From the IMG/VR virus record IMGVR_UViG_3300037067_027684, positions 128,001-192,000 of that record: a stretch of DNA of 64,000 bases; one strand, given 5' to 3'. The notes under the pieces were generated by a model. The model was not told the DNA's origin and did not search any database. It saw nothing but the letters and a program-made list of their open reading frames with translations. This DNA is from a virus. Lineage: Duplodnaviria > Caudoviricetes. Shown piece by piece: positions 1 to 9,358 of this stretch; positions within the stretch are counted from its first letter, which is position 1; every line of letters begins with the position of its first letter. Position numbers and translations under genes: made by a program.

Positions 1-201
1 TAGCAATCTATTGTCTAGTTATCTATGTCTTCCCGCGAAGCAATGAGAATGTGGTAGATCCTGCTTCGTCGTTGATGTCAGAGGTTGGCGGAAAACATTC
101 GTTTGCAGTTTATCGAATTACGATTGATGGAAATAACTACCTTGTTGCCAGAGGCTTTAATGGGATTTCAATAATTCCAGAGACCAAGAAGTGAGGTAAG
201 G

Positions 202-540
202 ATGTTGGTTGCAATAGTCGGCTCTAGATCACTCTCCCCTGACGATAAGGCTATCGCCAGACATTTGCCAGGCGACACAACAGGTATTATATCAGGTGGA
301 GCTATTGGAGTTGACAGAGCAGCCGCCCAATACGCAAGGTCACATAACTTAACCCTTCGTGAATTCTTGCCAGATTATGAAATTTACGGGCGTAGAGCGC
401 CATTGGTTCGCAATCAATCAATTGTGGATCAAGCTGATTACTTGCTTGCATTTTGGGATGGTAAGTCAAAAGGAACTGCCCACACAATCGGAATTGCCAA
501 GAAAAAGGGAATTCCAATTAAAATCGTTAGGAGGAAATAA
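202..540 (+). CDS. SLOG-superfamily protein (YspA/DUF2493-like)
   Basis: Motifs VAIVGSR, IISGGAIGVD, APLVRNQSIV and AFWDGKSKGT are typical of the small YspA-like SLOG family. Confidence 0.85.
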   Translation: MLVAIVGSRSLSPDDKAIARHLPGDTTGIISGGAIGVDRAAAQYARSHNLTLREFLPDYEIYGRRAPLVRNQSIVDQADYLLAFWDGKSKGTAHTIGIAKKKGIPIKIVRRK

Positions 541-776
541 TGACTCCTACCAAACGCCTATATCAGAAATCACACAGTCCGTACGATACTTGGGAATCGT
601 GTCAGGTGCCTGAGAAAAGATCGTCTGTCTGCTTTAATTGTGGGTGGCTAAAGAGGCATCATCTAACTACCAAACTCCTAAAGAAGATTAAGAAGGCAGT
701 TCGCAAAGCAACTAAGGGATTCGTCTTTGATGGTCCTAAGACCCAAATCATTACGCTCACTCTAAGGAGGAAATAA
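540..776 (+). CDS. hypothetical protein
   Basis: TAATG overlaps at both ends with SD sites (AGGAGG). Confidence 0.6.
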   Translation: MTPTKRLYQKSHSPYDTWESCQVPEKRSSVCFNCGWLKRHHLTTKLLKKIKKAVRKATKGFVFDGPKTQIITLTLRRK

Positions 777-2734
777 TGACTGACCAGGAACTGGAGACAG
801 AAGTCAAGACCCTTGAAGAAGCCGCCAAGTATTACTACAACGCACCCGATGAAGTTACGATGGAAGACGCAGAATATGATCGGCGAGTAGACTACCTCAA
901 GGCAAATCACCCTGAACATCCGCTAGTCAAACCCTTCCTTCAAAAGGTTGGCGCTCGCCCGTTGGGTGTAGTGATCAAGCATGATTATCCGGTTGGCTCT
1001 CAGGAGAAGTTGAAGACCAGGGAAGAATTCTATTCGTGGTGTCTTAATGTTTTGGCTAAGCATAAGGGTCCTAAGAAGCCTTTTGTCCTACAGTGGAAGT
1101 TGGATGGTGGCACGATTGTGCTTACTTATGAGAATGGTCGCTTGCTCCGTGCGGTGACGCGGGGAACTGGAATTGAGGGCGAAGATGTTACCGAGAATGC
1201 TCTCAAGATGAAGAATGTTAAGAAGAATCTTCCAGGATTCTCTGGTACTCTCCGTGGTGAGTGTTTGATTTCGAAGAGTGATTTTGAGCGTGTTTTCAAA
1301 CCTCTTGGTTATAAGAATCCGAGAAATACCGCAACTGGTCTTACTCGTGATCAGAAGGGTGGGAGTCTCCAGAAGGATATTATTGTTAAGTATTTCGATC
1401 TTATTCAGAATGTGGCTAAGCTTGAGACTGAGATGGAAAATATTAACTTCATCAATGGGTCTTTGGTGTTGGAAACTGTTGAAACTGAAGAGTTTGACAA
1501 TCCCGATACGCTTTGGGCTGCTATCAAGAGGATGGAGGAGCAGCGTCCGGATTATCAATATGAGGTTGATGGTGTGATCGTTCGGGCTAATAGTTTGGAA
1601 CTTCAAGAAGAGATGGGAATGAGTTCTGATCTTCGTCCGCGTATGCAAAGGTGTGTCAAGTTCCAGGCGCAAAGTGCTGTTACTCAACTACTTGGTATTA
1701 CGTGGTCTTTGGGACATACTGGGGCGCATATTCCAACTGGCAATGTTAAGCCTGTGGAGATTGGTGGGGTCACGGTTAGTAATGTTCTTTTGAATAATCC
1801 GACTTATATGAAGGAGTTGGATCTTGAGATTGGCGATACTTTCTTGATTGAAAGAGCGGGTGATGTTATTCCGCATGCGGCTAAAGTTCTTGATAGGTCT
1901 GGTAGGACTGGTACGGTTGTCCCGACTGTTTGTATTGCTTGTGGTGGTCCTCTGGTTACTGAGGGTGCCTTCCTTCTGTGTAAGAATGAGGAGTGTGAGG
2001 GTAAGGCTATTCGCCGTTTGAAGAATTGGGTTTCTAAAAGATCGATCAAGTTCCTTGGTGATACTTTGATTGAGGAGTTGTGGGATAATCATAACATTAA
2101 GGAGCCTCAGGATTTGTATAAGTTGACTGAGGAATTTTTGGCTACTGTGGGTAGGGGTGCGGGAGTGGTTGGTTCTTCTTCTGTTTTGATTATGTCTGAG
2201 ATTAATAAGTCGAAGAAGTGTTCTTTGCCTGATTTTCTTGGGTCGTTGTGCATTAAGTTCTTGGGTCGGCGTCAGGTTGAGATTGTGATGGAATCTGCTC
2301 CTTCGGTTGGTGTGAAGGCTGATACTTTGGAATCATGGTTGGTGATGAAGGTTGAGGATTTGGTGAAGGTTCCTGGGTTTGCTGCTGATGGTTCTAAGGC
2401 TGGTGCGATTATTGAGGGTATCAAGAAGGCTCGTCCTACTATTTCTGGTTTGTTGTCTGCTGGTGTTGAGGTTAAGGAGCCTGTTCAGGTTGAGACTATT
2501 GCTGGTCATCCTTTTAATGGCAAGTCTGTGTGTTTTACGGGGGTTAGGATGAAGCCTTCTGAGGCTGAGCGGTTTAGGGCTGTTGGGGCTATTGAGAAGT
2601 CTGGTGTGTCTAAGGGTCTTGACTTTTTGGTCGCCAAAGATACTACATCTTCTTCTAATAAGGCTGAGAAGGCCAAGGCTCTTGGGACGGAGATTCTTGG
2701 GTGGGATGATTTTTTAAGGATTCTTAACTCATGA
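776..2734 (+). CDS. ligA: NAD-dependent DNA ligase
   Basis: AKYYYN/DAEYD N-terminal domain, KLDG adenylation motif, TRGTGIEGEDVT, LRGE, NPRN, YEVDGVIV, ERAGDVIP, C4 zinc finger, C-terminal BRCT (GKSVCFTG...KAEKAKALG). Confidence 0.97.
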   Translation: MTDQELETEVKTLEEAAKYYYNAPDEVTMEDAEYDRRVDYLKANHPEHPLVKPFLQKVGARPLGVVIKHDYPVGSQEKLKTREEFYSWCLNVLAKHKGPKKPFVLQWKLDGGTIVLTYENGRLLRAVTRGTGIEGEDVTENALKMKNVKKNLPGFSGTLRGECLISKSDFERVFKPLGYKNPRNTATGLTRDQKGGSLQKDIIVKYFDLIQNVAKLETEMENINFINGSLVLETVETEEFDNPDTLWAAIKRMEEQRPDYQYEVDGVIVRANSLELQEEMGMSSDLRPRMQRCVKFQAQSAVTQLLGITWSLGHTGAHIPTGNVKPVEIGGVTVSNVLLNNPTYMKELDLEIGDTFLIERAGDVIPHAAKVLDRSGRTGTVVPTVCIACGGPLVTEGAFLLCKNEECEGKAIRRLKNWVSKRSIKFLGDTLIEELWDNHNIKEPQDLYKLTEEFLATVGRGAGVVGSSSVLIMSEINKSKKCSLPDFLGSLCIKFLGRRQVEIVMESAPSVGVKADTLESWLVMKVEDLVKVPGFAADGSKAGAIIEGIKKARPTISGLLSAGVEVKEPVQVETIAGHPFNGKSVCFTGVRMKPSEAERFRAVGAIEKSGVSKGLDFLVAKDTTSSSNKAEKAKALGTEILGWDDFLRILNS

Positions 2735-3117
2735 AGAAAAACAAAAAGAAGTGTAATTGTGGAGTCTGTAAATTTAGCAGGCGTTTTAGTAAGTGGCGTG
2801 ATAAGCTTCCTAAATCAGCGTTGAAGTTCGCTGATGAGTTGTACGAGCGTATGGCTAATTTTGAGGATGACGCTGGTTATTATCATGCGATTGTCGATGG
2901 TTCGTGGTTAGATGCTGATAGGATCATCAAACACGCAAGAGAAAAGCGTCAGGAGACTTGTAAAGTGCGTAAGGTTGAGAAGAAGGTTGATGGCCCGACT
3001 TATACTCCTCCTGGTTTGAAGGTTGATGGTTACTCGGGTAAGATTTTGTCTCGTCCTCAAGCTCTTGATAAGGCTACTGAGAAGGCGTTCTACGATGGCT
3101 TGAAGAAGATCAAGTAA
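2731..3117 (+). CDS. hypothetical protein
   Basis: ATGA overlap with ligA; 128-aa ORF. Confidence 0.65.
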   Translation: MKKNKKKCNCGVCKFSRRFSKWRDKLPKSALKFADELYERMANFEDDAGYYHAIVDGSWLDADRIIKHAREKRQETCKVRKVEKKVDGPTYTPPGLKVDGYSGKILSRPQALDKATEKAFYDGLKKIK

Positions 3118-3141
3118 ACATGGTGTACAAATGGAGGTCAC

Positions 3142-3555
3142 ATGATTCATGAACTTGGCGATTTTCCGAAGTATGCGCCTAACCCACCACCTTGGAGTGT
3201 CACCTATGTCAACGATCAATGTGAGGGATACGAGGCTTTCACGGTACTCCCAGTTGCCCACACTGTTGGTCTAGAGAAGTTGGGTTATCCTGAGTTGATG
3301 ATCAGAAAATCGTCGCCTGGTCAAGCGGCTTACTTGCTTGATATAATTGGTATTTGGTTCATGGATAATCACAATAAAGTTGGTCGGTTGGATGAGTTTT
3401 TGGTTTTTGGTGAGAAGTTTAAGGTTATACCAGTGGTTATTGGTAACACACCTTGGCTTAGGTTATCTTGGTATAAAGATGATGATGAGGATTTTGCTTC
3501 AGTTGAGGATTTCAAGGTTGCTTGTGTCAGTCGGCGTATTCCTAATTCGTTTTAG
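3142..3555 (+). CDS. DUF4262-like protein
   Basis: HTVGLEKLGYPEL resembles the DUF4262 signature; GGAGG SD. Confidence 0.5.
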   Translation: MIHELGDFPKYAPNPPPWSVTYVNDQCEGYEAFTVLPVAHTVGLEKLGYPELMIRKSSPGQAAYLLDIIGIWFMDNHNKVGRLDEFLVFGEKFKVIPVVIGNTPWLRLSWYKDDDEDFASVEDFKVACVSRRIPNSF

Positions 3556-3558
3556 GGG

Positions 3559-3993
3559 TTGAATATGGATAAAAGAGAGGCTTTTAGATTGGTTTTTAAT
3601 CGAGAGAATAGGTTGTTTAAATTAAGGAAGTTGTGCGCTCCTAAGAAAATTCTTGATAATGAGGAGAGGTTATTCAATCTGGCTAAAGAACGTCTTTCGA
3701 GTTTTGGTGCTACTTGGGCTGACTATGAAAAGTTTCGCGCCTATTATGGTGTAGTCTTTGAGTTAGAACAGGTTGAATTTGATATTGCAGATGATTGTTT
3801 GACCAATCTTCTTGCTCTTCAGAAAGATTCTCCTCAATGTCCTCATATTGAGGAGAATCATAGACCAGATGGTAGAATTCCATGTGGACCTTTGTGTTCT
3901 TTTTATAAGAAGGCTTCAGATAAACAGAATAGTGATTTTGCTAATCGCATTGATATTATAACTGGTGAATCTTTGCCTCTTAACGAGGTTTAG
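3559..3993 (+). CDS. hypothetical protein
   Basis: 144-aa ORF in the co-oriented gene run. Confidence 0.6.
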   Translation: MNMDKREAFRLVFNRENRLFKLRKLCAPKKILDNEERLFNLAKERLSSFGATWADYEKFRAYYGVVFELEQVEFDIADDCLTNLLALQKDSPQCPHIEENHRPDGRIPCGPLCSFYKKASDKQNSDFANRIDIITGESLPLNEV

Positions 3994-4055
3994 TACCTCC
4001 CTATAGAATCGAGAAAGTGCCACAAGACGGTAGGACAAGAATAGGAGGATTGCTC

Positions 4056-4274
4056 ATGGATGATAAGACACATCCGTGCCCTATCTGTGGCTGCTCAGTC
4101 CCAGATGAAAGAACGGAGTTGACTGGTGCGGAGACTTGTATTCAACACACGTTTCAAAGGCCAAAGCCGTTGGGGATTGTTGAATACGCGGAGAAGGCTG
4201 GGGGAGTTCTCTTCATCACTGAAGATCGGAAGGTTTTTGAGATGTTGAAGCGTCCAGCGAATAGGAGGCGATGA
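4056..4274 (+). CDS. TraR/DksA-type zinc-finger protein
   Basis: CPICGCSVPDERTELTGAETCIQH matches the DksA C4-finger pattern; AGGAGG SD before ATG 4056. Confidence 0.65.
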   Translation: MDDKTHPCPICGCSVPDERTELTGAETCIQHTFQRPKPLGIVEYAEKAGGVLFITEDRKVFEMLKRPANRRR

Positions 4275-5596
4275 TGAAGAAACGCAAATTGACTAAGAAG
4301 GAATTGAATTTCATTAAGAATAACGTCGAATTTCGTTGCTATGAACAAGGTGATATACTGTTTGCTGAATTCACAGTCCATCTTGGTGTTTTTGATGATG
4401 CTACTAAGAACATGATGAAGCTTTATAATAAGCCTGTGAAGTGTCTCTCTATTAAACAAGCAATCGCCTTGTTGAAGCGTCTAGCTATTGACGAGCAAAA
4501 TAAAATGCTCGTCAATTTTTCAAATGGTTCGAACGGCATAGTGGAGATTAAGTGATGAAATTCGATGAAACCAATACCGAGTTCGTTCTATCACTAGTAC
4601 ATCAGCTAATGCAAGCTCGCCCTGATAAGTTCAGGGATGTTGTTGATGCGGCAGTCGAAGGTGTTAAAGTCTATGCTGAGAAGCAGAGTGATACTTCTTC
4701 GGCGTTGGCAGCGCGATTGATTACTGTTCTTGAGTTGAACAAGATTTCTGACACTGGGAATTTCACTCCGAAGGAAGTGCTTTCGGTGCTTGAGCCAAAT
4801 TACGGTGGGACGCCAGCACTTAAGGCGCTCCACAAGAAACTCACAAAGGAGGCAAAATGAGTAAGACAATCAAGGAATGGCGTGCACACCTGAAGAAGGC
4901 TGAAGGAATGCGTGATAAGCCTCTTGATGCGATTACTCATGAAAGTTGGCAGAATACAGCCGAGACGGCTAAGAAAGCCATTGAAGATTATAAGAAGTAC
5001 AAGCTGCTGCTCAAGCCTAAGATGATTCGCTTTCTTAAGCGTTGGGTTAAGAGTGATCGTGGTATTGATTGCTTCTGCCTTCATGGTGATCAGCAGAATG
5101 TCTTCGTGACATATAATGGTCGTTGGACTTGTAACGGCAAGGGTGAAATAATCGACCACGATTATAACGGTAGTGATTTCCCATGTTGTGATAAACATGA
5201 TGATTCGGTTGTGGTGGCTTCGGATGTGATCACTGATCTTAAGGAGATTACTGAGTTTGCTGAAGTTGTTAAGATTCTGAATAATGGAGAATTCTAATGA
5301 AAACCAAGGAAGAGGCGAGGAAGCTGCTGTTTTACTGCCTTCCTCCCCACCGTCAGATTTCGTATTTGGTTCAGCAGACTAAAGCTGGTGCTTATGTGCG
5401 GTTGTTCTTCGCCAGTGATTCTCATATGATTGAGGAGTGCTCTAAGTTGGCTGCTATTGCTATTGAGGCGACTTATGTGGAAGATAAGGGAATTTACCGC
5501 AAGGGCACTGGTTACGGTTATGGCTCTGATACGGTTCAGGAATTGAGTTATGCTATCTATAAGGATAGCACGATCATTCCTTCCAGCAAGCTCTAG
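4271..5596 (+). other. four translationally coupled hypothetical genes (4271-4555, 4552-4860, 4857-5297, 5297-5596)
   Basis: Consecutive ORFs with ATGA/GTGA/TAATG overlaps. Confidence 0.65.
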
Positions 5597-5674
5597 AATA
5601 TTAGTTCGCGTCAGAAATGTCTGCTCCATAGGGCGATACTTGCAGGCGGTGCGTTTGTAGATAGAAGACAGCAC

Positions 5675-5703
5675 TTGACAGAAACACCTCGATGATGTAA
5701 AAT
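5675..5703 (+). promoter_or_regulatory. sigma70-type promoter for the phage sigma factor gene
   Basis: TTGACA-17 nt-TAAAAT in the intergenic gap. Confidence 0.75.
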
Positions 5704-5770
5704 AAACGTACTGTAATGTCGTTCCTATGGCGTGAAGAGAGGGGAAACACGTAGGAAAAGGAGAAAACCC

Positions 5771-7654
5771 GTGGAAGAACAAGGTGCTTCCGTCGTCGAA
5801 GAGAAAGTAACGACAGACGCAGAAGTCGCTCTAAAGCAAAAAGCTATCGCTATCCTCACCGAAATCGGACGCAACCCCGAGGCTATCCAGACGTGGGCCA
5901 GCATGAAGCGAAGCCCGAAAGTCTGGAACAAAATCGTCAGCCGACTCCAAAACGCTCCCAAGCTCCAAGAAGACCCAAACCTGGAGAATGAAAAGCGAAA
6001 TGCTCTTCCTACGCGGGCGCATTTTGAAGAGTGGGAGAAGCTGCCTCATGAGATTAGCAGCCTGAACAAGATCCTTTATCCGACTCTCTGCGGCTGGACT
6101 GCAGAGGAGGTCTGTCAGATTCTGACGCCTTATGTTGGCAAGGTGGTGCAGAAGTTCCAGACCAGCCGGATTCCTTATGAAGATTGCTGCCAGCAGGGCA
6201 TCATGGGCATTCTCCAGGCGCTTCGGACTGATGCTGGTATTGCTCCTTTTGCTAAGCACGTCTTCCTTCATATTAAGACGAAGGTGCGCCGTGCTTCGGT
6301 TGGGTCTGGTGCGATTCGGAAGCCTGAGAAGATGCCTTCTCGCACTGAGGTTCGGCGAGAAATTAGCATTTGGGTTGGTGGCTGGTGGATGGAATATGAG
6401 ATGCAGAAGATTGCTGGGGAGTTGAAGCTGCCTCAGGCTAAGCTTCCCATTAATGAGTTCCGCCAGTGGCTTGCCACAGCCAAGGAACAGCACACTGTTC
6501 TGTTGGCTAGGGCTGAGAATCGGCTGAAGTTGCTGAATGCTCCTATCAATCAGGAATGTCTGACTAATCCTGATGATTATGTTATTGCGCCAGTCCAGGT
6601 GATTGGGGTGTCGGATGCGAAGGAAGTTCTTCTTCGTGAGGATTTTGTGTTGGCGAGGCTTTGCTCTTCTGATGTGCCTGATCCTGAACAGGTTCCTGAT
6701 CCTGAGCAGGTTCCTGAGAACAAGCTTCACGATTTGTTTGCTTATCTAAATCGTAAGTTCCAATACCCGTTGAAGCGTGTACTTTTGGCTCGTCAGAAGT
6801 ACAACAAGTCCAAGGGTTGTTTCTCTAGGCTCAAGAAGGTGGATGAGGTTGAGACCGAGACTGTCCTTGGTGATGATATGTCGAAGTACAAGACTGTTGC
6901 TGATTTGGTTGGTGCGATTGCTACTCCGCCTGAGTTCCACGATAGTCTGGTTCCTTTGGATGCTCCGATGGATGAGGAGGGCTATACTCATGAGCAGACG
7001 ACTGCTGATGAGAAGGTTGTTGAGCCTTCTTCGGAGTTGGAGCGTCAGGAGAATTTGGATAAGTATCGGATTATTCTTCAGGAGGTTCGTTCTCGATTGC
7101 AGTTGTCGTTGGAGCAGGAGACTGTTTTGGTTTACACGTTTGGTTTGGATGGTGAGAAGCCGGTGAATGGTTCGGAGTTGGCTCGGAATTTGGGTCAATA
7201 TTTGACTTTGATGGCTCAGAAGAAGGGTCGGGTGGCTCAGGACCCGTCGAAGCATGTTAGTCGTCAGCGGATTACTCAATATATTGATACGGTTAAGCGT
7301 CGGATTCGGGATGTGATGTGGGTATATTTCTTCATTGATGGTCGTAAGTCGGTGCGGAACATCATGCGTGATGTGGAGTTGACTTCTGTTGAGCTTAAGA
7401 TTTTGCGTGCTGTGTTTCAGACTGATCGGCCTGTGGCTGAGTTGGAGCGTGAGGTTGAAATCACTATGAAGGAGCGTGATTTGTCTCGCTCGGATGCTCA
7501 GGGTGTGCTGGTTGACGAGAGTTTGGAGTGCGTGGCTGAGCAGTATCGGGATGTGACTGGTCTGGATTTGGATTTGAACCTTCAGGGTCGTAAGACTTTG
7601 GTGCGGGATCAATTCGACACAATCAAGTTGAAGTTGGTTGCGGCTTGTTTGTGA
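5771..7654 (+). CDS. large sigma70-family RNA polymerase sigma factor with insertions
   Basis: Region-2-like EDCCQQGIMGILQAL...FAKHVFLHIKTKVRRA; region-3.2-like PLDAPMDEEG; region-4-like LSLEQETVLVYTFGLDGEKP...ELARNLG...VSRQRITQ; GTG start at 5771 follows AAGGAG. Confidence 0.8.
   Translation: MEEQGASVVEEKVTTDAEVALKQKAIAILTEIGRNPEAIQTWASMKRSPKVWNKIVSRLQNAPKLQEDPNLENEKRNALPTRAHFEEWEKLPHEISSLNKILYPTLCGWTAEEVCQILTPYVGKVVQKFQTSRIPYEDCCQQGIMGILQALRTDAGIAPFAKHVFLHIKTKVRRASVGSGAIRKPEKMPSRTEVRREISIWVGGWWMEYEMQKIAGELKLPQAKLPINEFRQWLATAKEQHTVLLARAENRLKLLNAPINQECLTNPDDYVIAPVQVIGVSDAKEVLLREDFVLARLCSSDVPDPEQVPDPEQVPENKLHDLFAYLNRKFQYPLKRVLLARQKYNKSKGCFSRLKKVDEVETETVLGDDMSKYKTVADLVGAIATPPEFHDSLVPLDAPMDEEGYTHEQTTADEKVVEPSSELERQENLDKYRIILQEVRSRLQLSLEQETVLVYTFGLDGEKPVNGSELARNLGQYLTLMAQKKGRVAQDPSKHVSRQRITQYIDTVKRRIRDVMWVYFFIDGRKSVRNIMRDVELTSVELKILRAVFQTDRPVAELEREVEITMKERDLSRSDAQGVLVDESLECVAEQYRDVTGLDLDLNLQGRKTLVRDQFDTIKLKLVAACL
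6677..6717 (+). repeat. 18-bp in-frame tandem repeat (PDPEQV x2)
   Basis: cctgatcctgaacaggtt / cctgatcctgagcaggtt. Confidence 0.9.
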
Positions 7655-8031
7655 GGCAAAGATCAGTCATGCGAGCGTTTTTACGTGGTGTGGCTAGTAT
7701 TTTGGTGTTGAATCCTCAACCGTTTCGTTTGAAGCATAAAACTACTTGTGAGGCTTTGTGTGATGATTGGAAGAACGTTGGTCGCTCGTTCCACGCAGTA
7801 TTGGGGCGGAGGATCGACCAAAATGAAAAAGGAATCAAGAATCAAGGCGGAGGAGGCTGTTGAGAGGGTTCTGGCCAAGCATTCACCGGATGTTGTCAGA
7901 CGTATTATAAGTGAGGCGACTGGTGTTGAAGTTAAGGATGTTAGTGCTTTTACTGATGAGCAGTTGGAGCATGTTCTTGGTTTGGCTAGGATGTATTTGC
8001 GGTTGCGTAGTTAATTGAAAGGCGGTGGTTA

Positions 8032-8220
8032 GTGAAAGGGCGGTGGGCGTTCAGAGTGAGGAAAGGTGAAGGACCTGTCAGCGGTACGGAGACGTTTGTT
8101 TTGATGGTTGGGTGGGTAATATTGTTTGTCGGTGTCCCTTTCTTTTTGGTTTACTTGATGTTTGTGACTTTTACTGCGGTTTTTATGGGAGTTTTCAGGG
8201 CAATTTTTGGTGGAGGTTAG
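8032..8220 (+). CDS. small membrane protein
   Basis: Long hydrophobic stretch. Confidence 0.5.
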   Translation: MKGRWAFRVRKGEGPVSGTETFVLMVGWVILFVGVPFFLVYLMFVTFTAVFMGVFRAIFGGG

Positions 8221-8282
8221 ACCCCTAGGGGTCGGAAGGGCATCCCCTTTGTTGCGGTTTTACCGCCCGACCCCTAATTAAG
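8221..8282 (+). repeat. 62-bp structured intergenic element, copy 1 (candidate cis-regulatory RNA)
   Basis: Exact reverse complement of 33626-33687; folds into a three-way junction. Confidence 0.9.
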
Positions 8283-8296
8283 TTCTGGTTGGTGAA

Positions 8297-8530
8297 ATGA
8301 CTAAACTTGACCAAATGGTTAAACTAGCTAAGAAACTTGGTTTCACCAATAGTGATCTAGACTGGCTCGTGAATAGAGAAAAGAATCTAGAAGCCGATAA
8401 AATTAATAATCGTGGTTATAGATCACAACTCAGATATCTGCTTGCTGGACATCACCCAGAATTAACGTTGAAGAAGCTCAAGCGTGAGTTGACCATCATT
8501 GATAACAGGATTAGGAATAGTGAAGAATAA
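8297..8530 (+). CDS. hypothetical protein
   Basis: 77-aa ORF directly downstream of the 62-bp element. Confidence 0.6.
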   Translation: MTKLDQMVKLAKKLGFTNSDLDWLVNREKNLEADKINNRGYRSQLRYLLAGHHPELTLKKLKRELTIIDNRIRNSEE

Positions 8531-8707
8531 GGAGACTGCTATGTATGAAGTTCAAGTCCGGAAATCGGAAGTTGAAGAGTGGAAGTTGGTAGTCAATGCG
8601 AATATGCCTGGTTTGGCTCGTTCTCAAGTTGATGGTGTAAAGAAATATTATCCAGGTTGTGAGGTTAGGGTTTGGGATTCAAGGAAGAATAAGGATATTA
8701 CGAACGG

Positions 8708-8974
8708 TTAATTCAACGGTTCTTGATCTGTCATTGATTCTAATTCTTCGATTTCTTGAGCAGATGGACCTTGATCTGGTATTTTCTGCGCGATTTGTTC
8801 TGGTGTTTGTACTTCATCTTCTGGAGTTTGAATAGACATAGCACAAGTGCCATTCCATTCATCAATCCCCATAACTTGATACTCGGCGTCACCTTGGTCT
8901 GGTGGTGGAACTACTATGAAATCCATTTGCGGATTGAATTTGGCCAGTAGGGCTTGAAGTTCTCCGACTTTCAT
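8708..8974 (-). CDS. acidic hypothetical protein
   Basis: AAGGAG SD; MKVGELQALLAKFNP is a common phage N-terminal pattern. Confidence 0.65.
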   Translation of the reverse strand: MKVGELQALLAKFNPQMDFIVVPPPDQGDAEYQVMGIDEWNGTCAMSIQTPEDEVQTPEQIAQKIPDQGPSAQEIEELESMTDQEPLN

Positions 8975-8990
8975 CTTACTCTCCTTGTGA

Positions 8991-9311
8991 CTAAGAACTA
9001 CGCCCGTAATTCTTAAAGAAATTTAAATGTCTCTGCCCTAGTTCGTAGCCTTGATCTGGTACCTTCGGTGATGCTTTTTTCTTCTTGACGCCAGATAGCG
9101 TCTTGATTCCATGTTTCTTCTCGACAACAACTCTGGTTACGGCTGGAGCTATTCTGGCTTGAGGAGATACACCAGCCGTTCTGATGGCTGGTAATTTGTG
9201 CTCAATGACTGGTTTCACTGGAGGGTTAATCGGGATTAATCCTGGATAGATCGGCCTTTGGTTGACGGTCATTAGTTTTAGTGATACCATCTTGGGCATG
9301 GTCTTGAACAT
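8991..9311 (-). CDS. basic hypothetical protein with near-C-terminal ELGQRHLNF motif
   Basis: GGAG SD; degenerate copy of the shared terminal motif. Confidence 0.55.
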   Translation of the reverse strand: MFKTMPKMVSLKLMTVNQRPIYPGLIPINPPVKPVIEHKLPAIRTAGVSPQARIAPAVTRVVVEKKHGIKTLSGVKKKKASPKVPDQGYELGQRHLNFFKNYGRSS

Positions 9312-9358
9312 GTGTTATCTCCGATTACCCAAAGTAATTTTGATGATAGGAGGACCAA

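Noticed and set aside
5831-7612. Long antisense ORFs (5831-6730, 6746-7612; also 1088-1687, 10421-10996)
   Set aside because: They lie opposite well-supported genes, have no motifs, and are explained by the codon skew depleting antisense stops.
8221-8282. 62-bp element as an intrinsic terminator or hammerhead ribozyme
   Set aside because: No U-tract follows the stem, and the CUGAnGA/GAAA core is absent.
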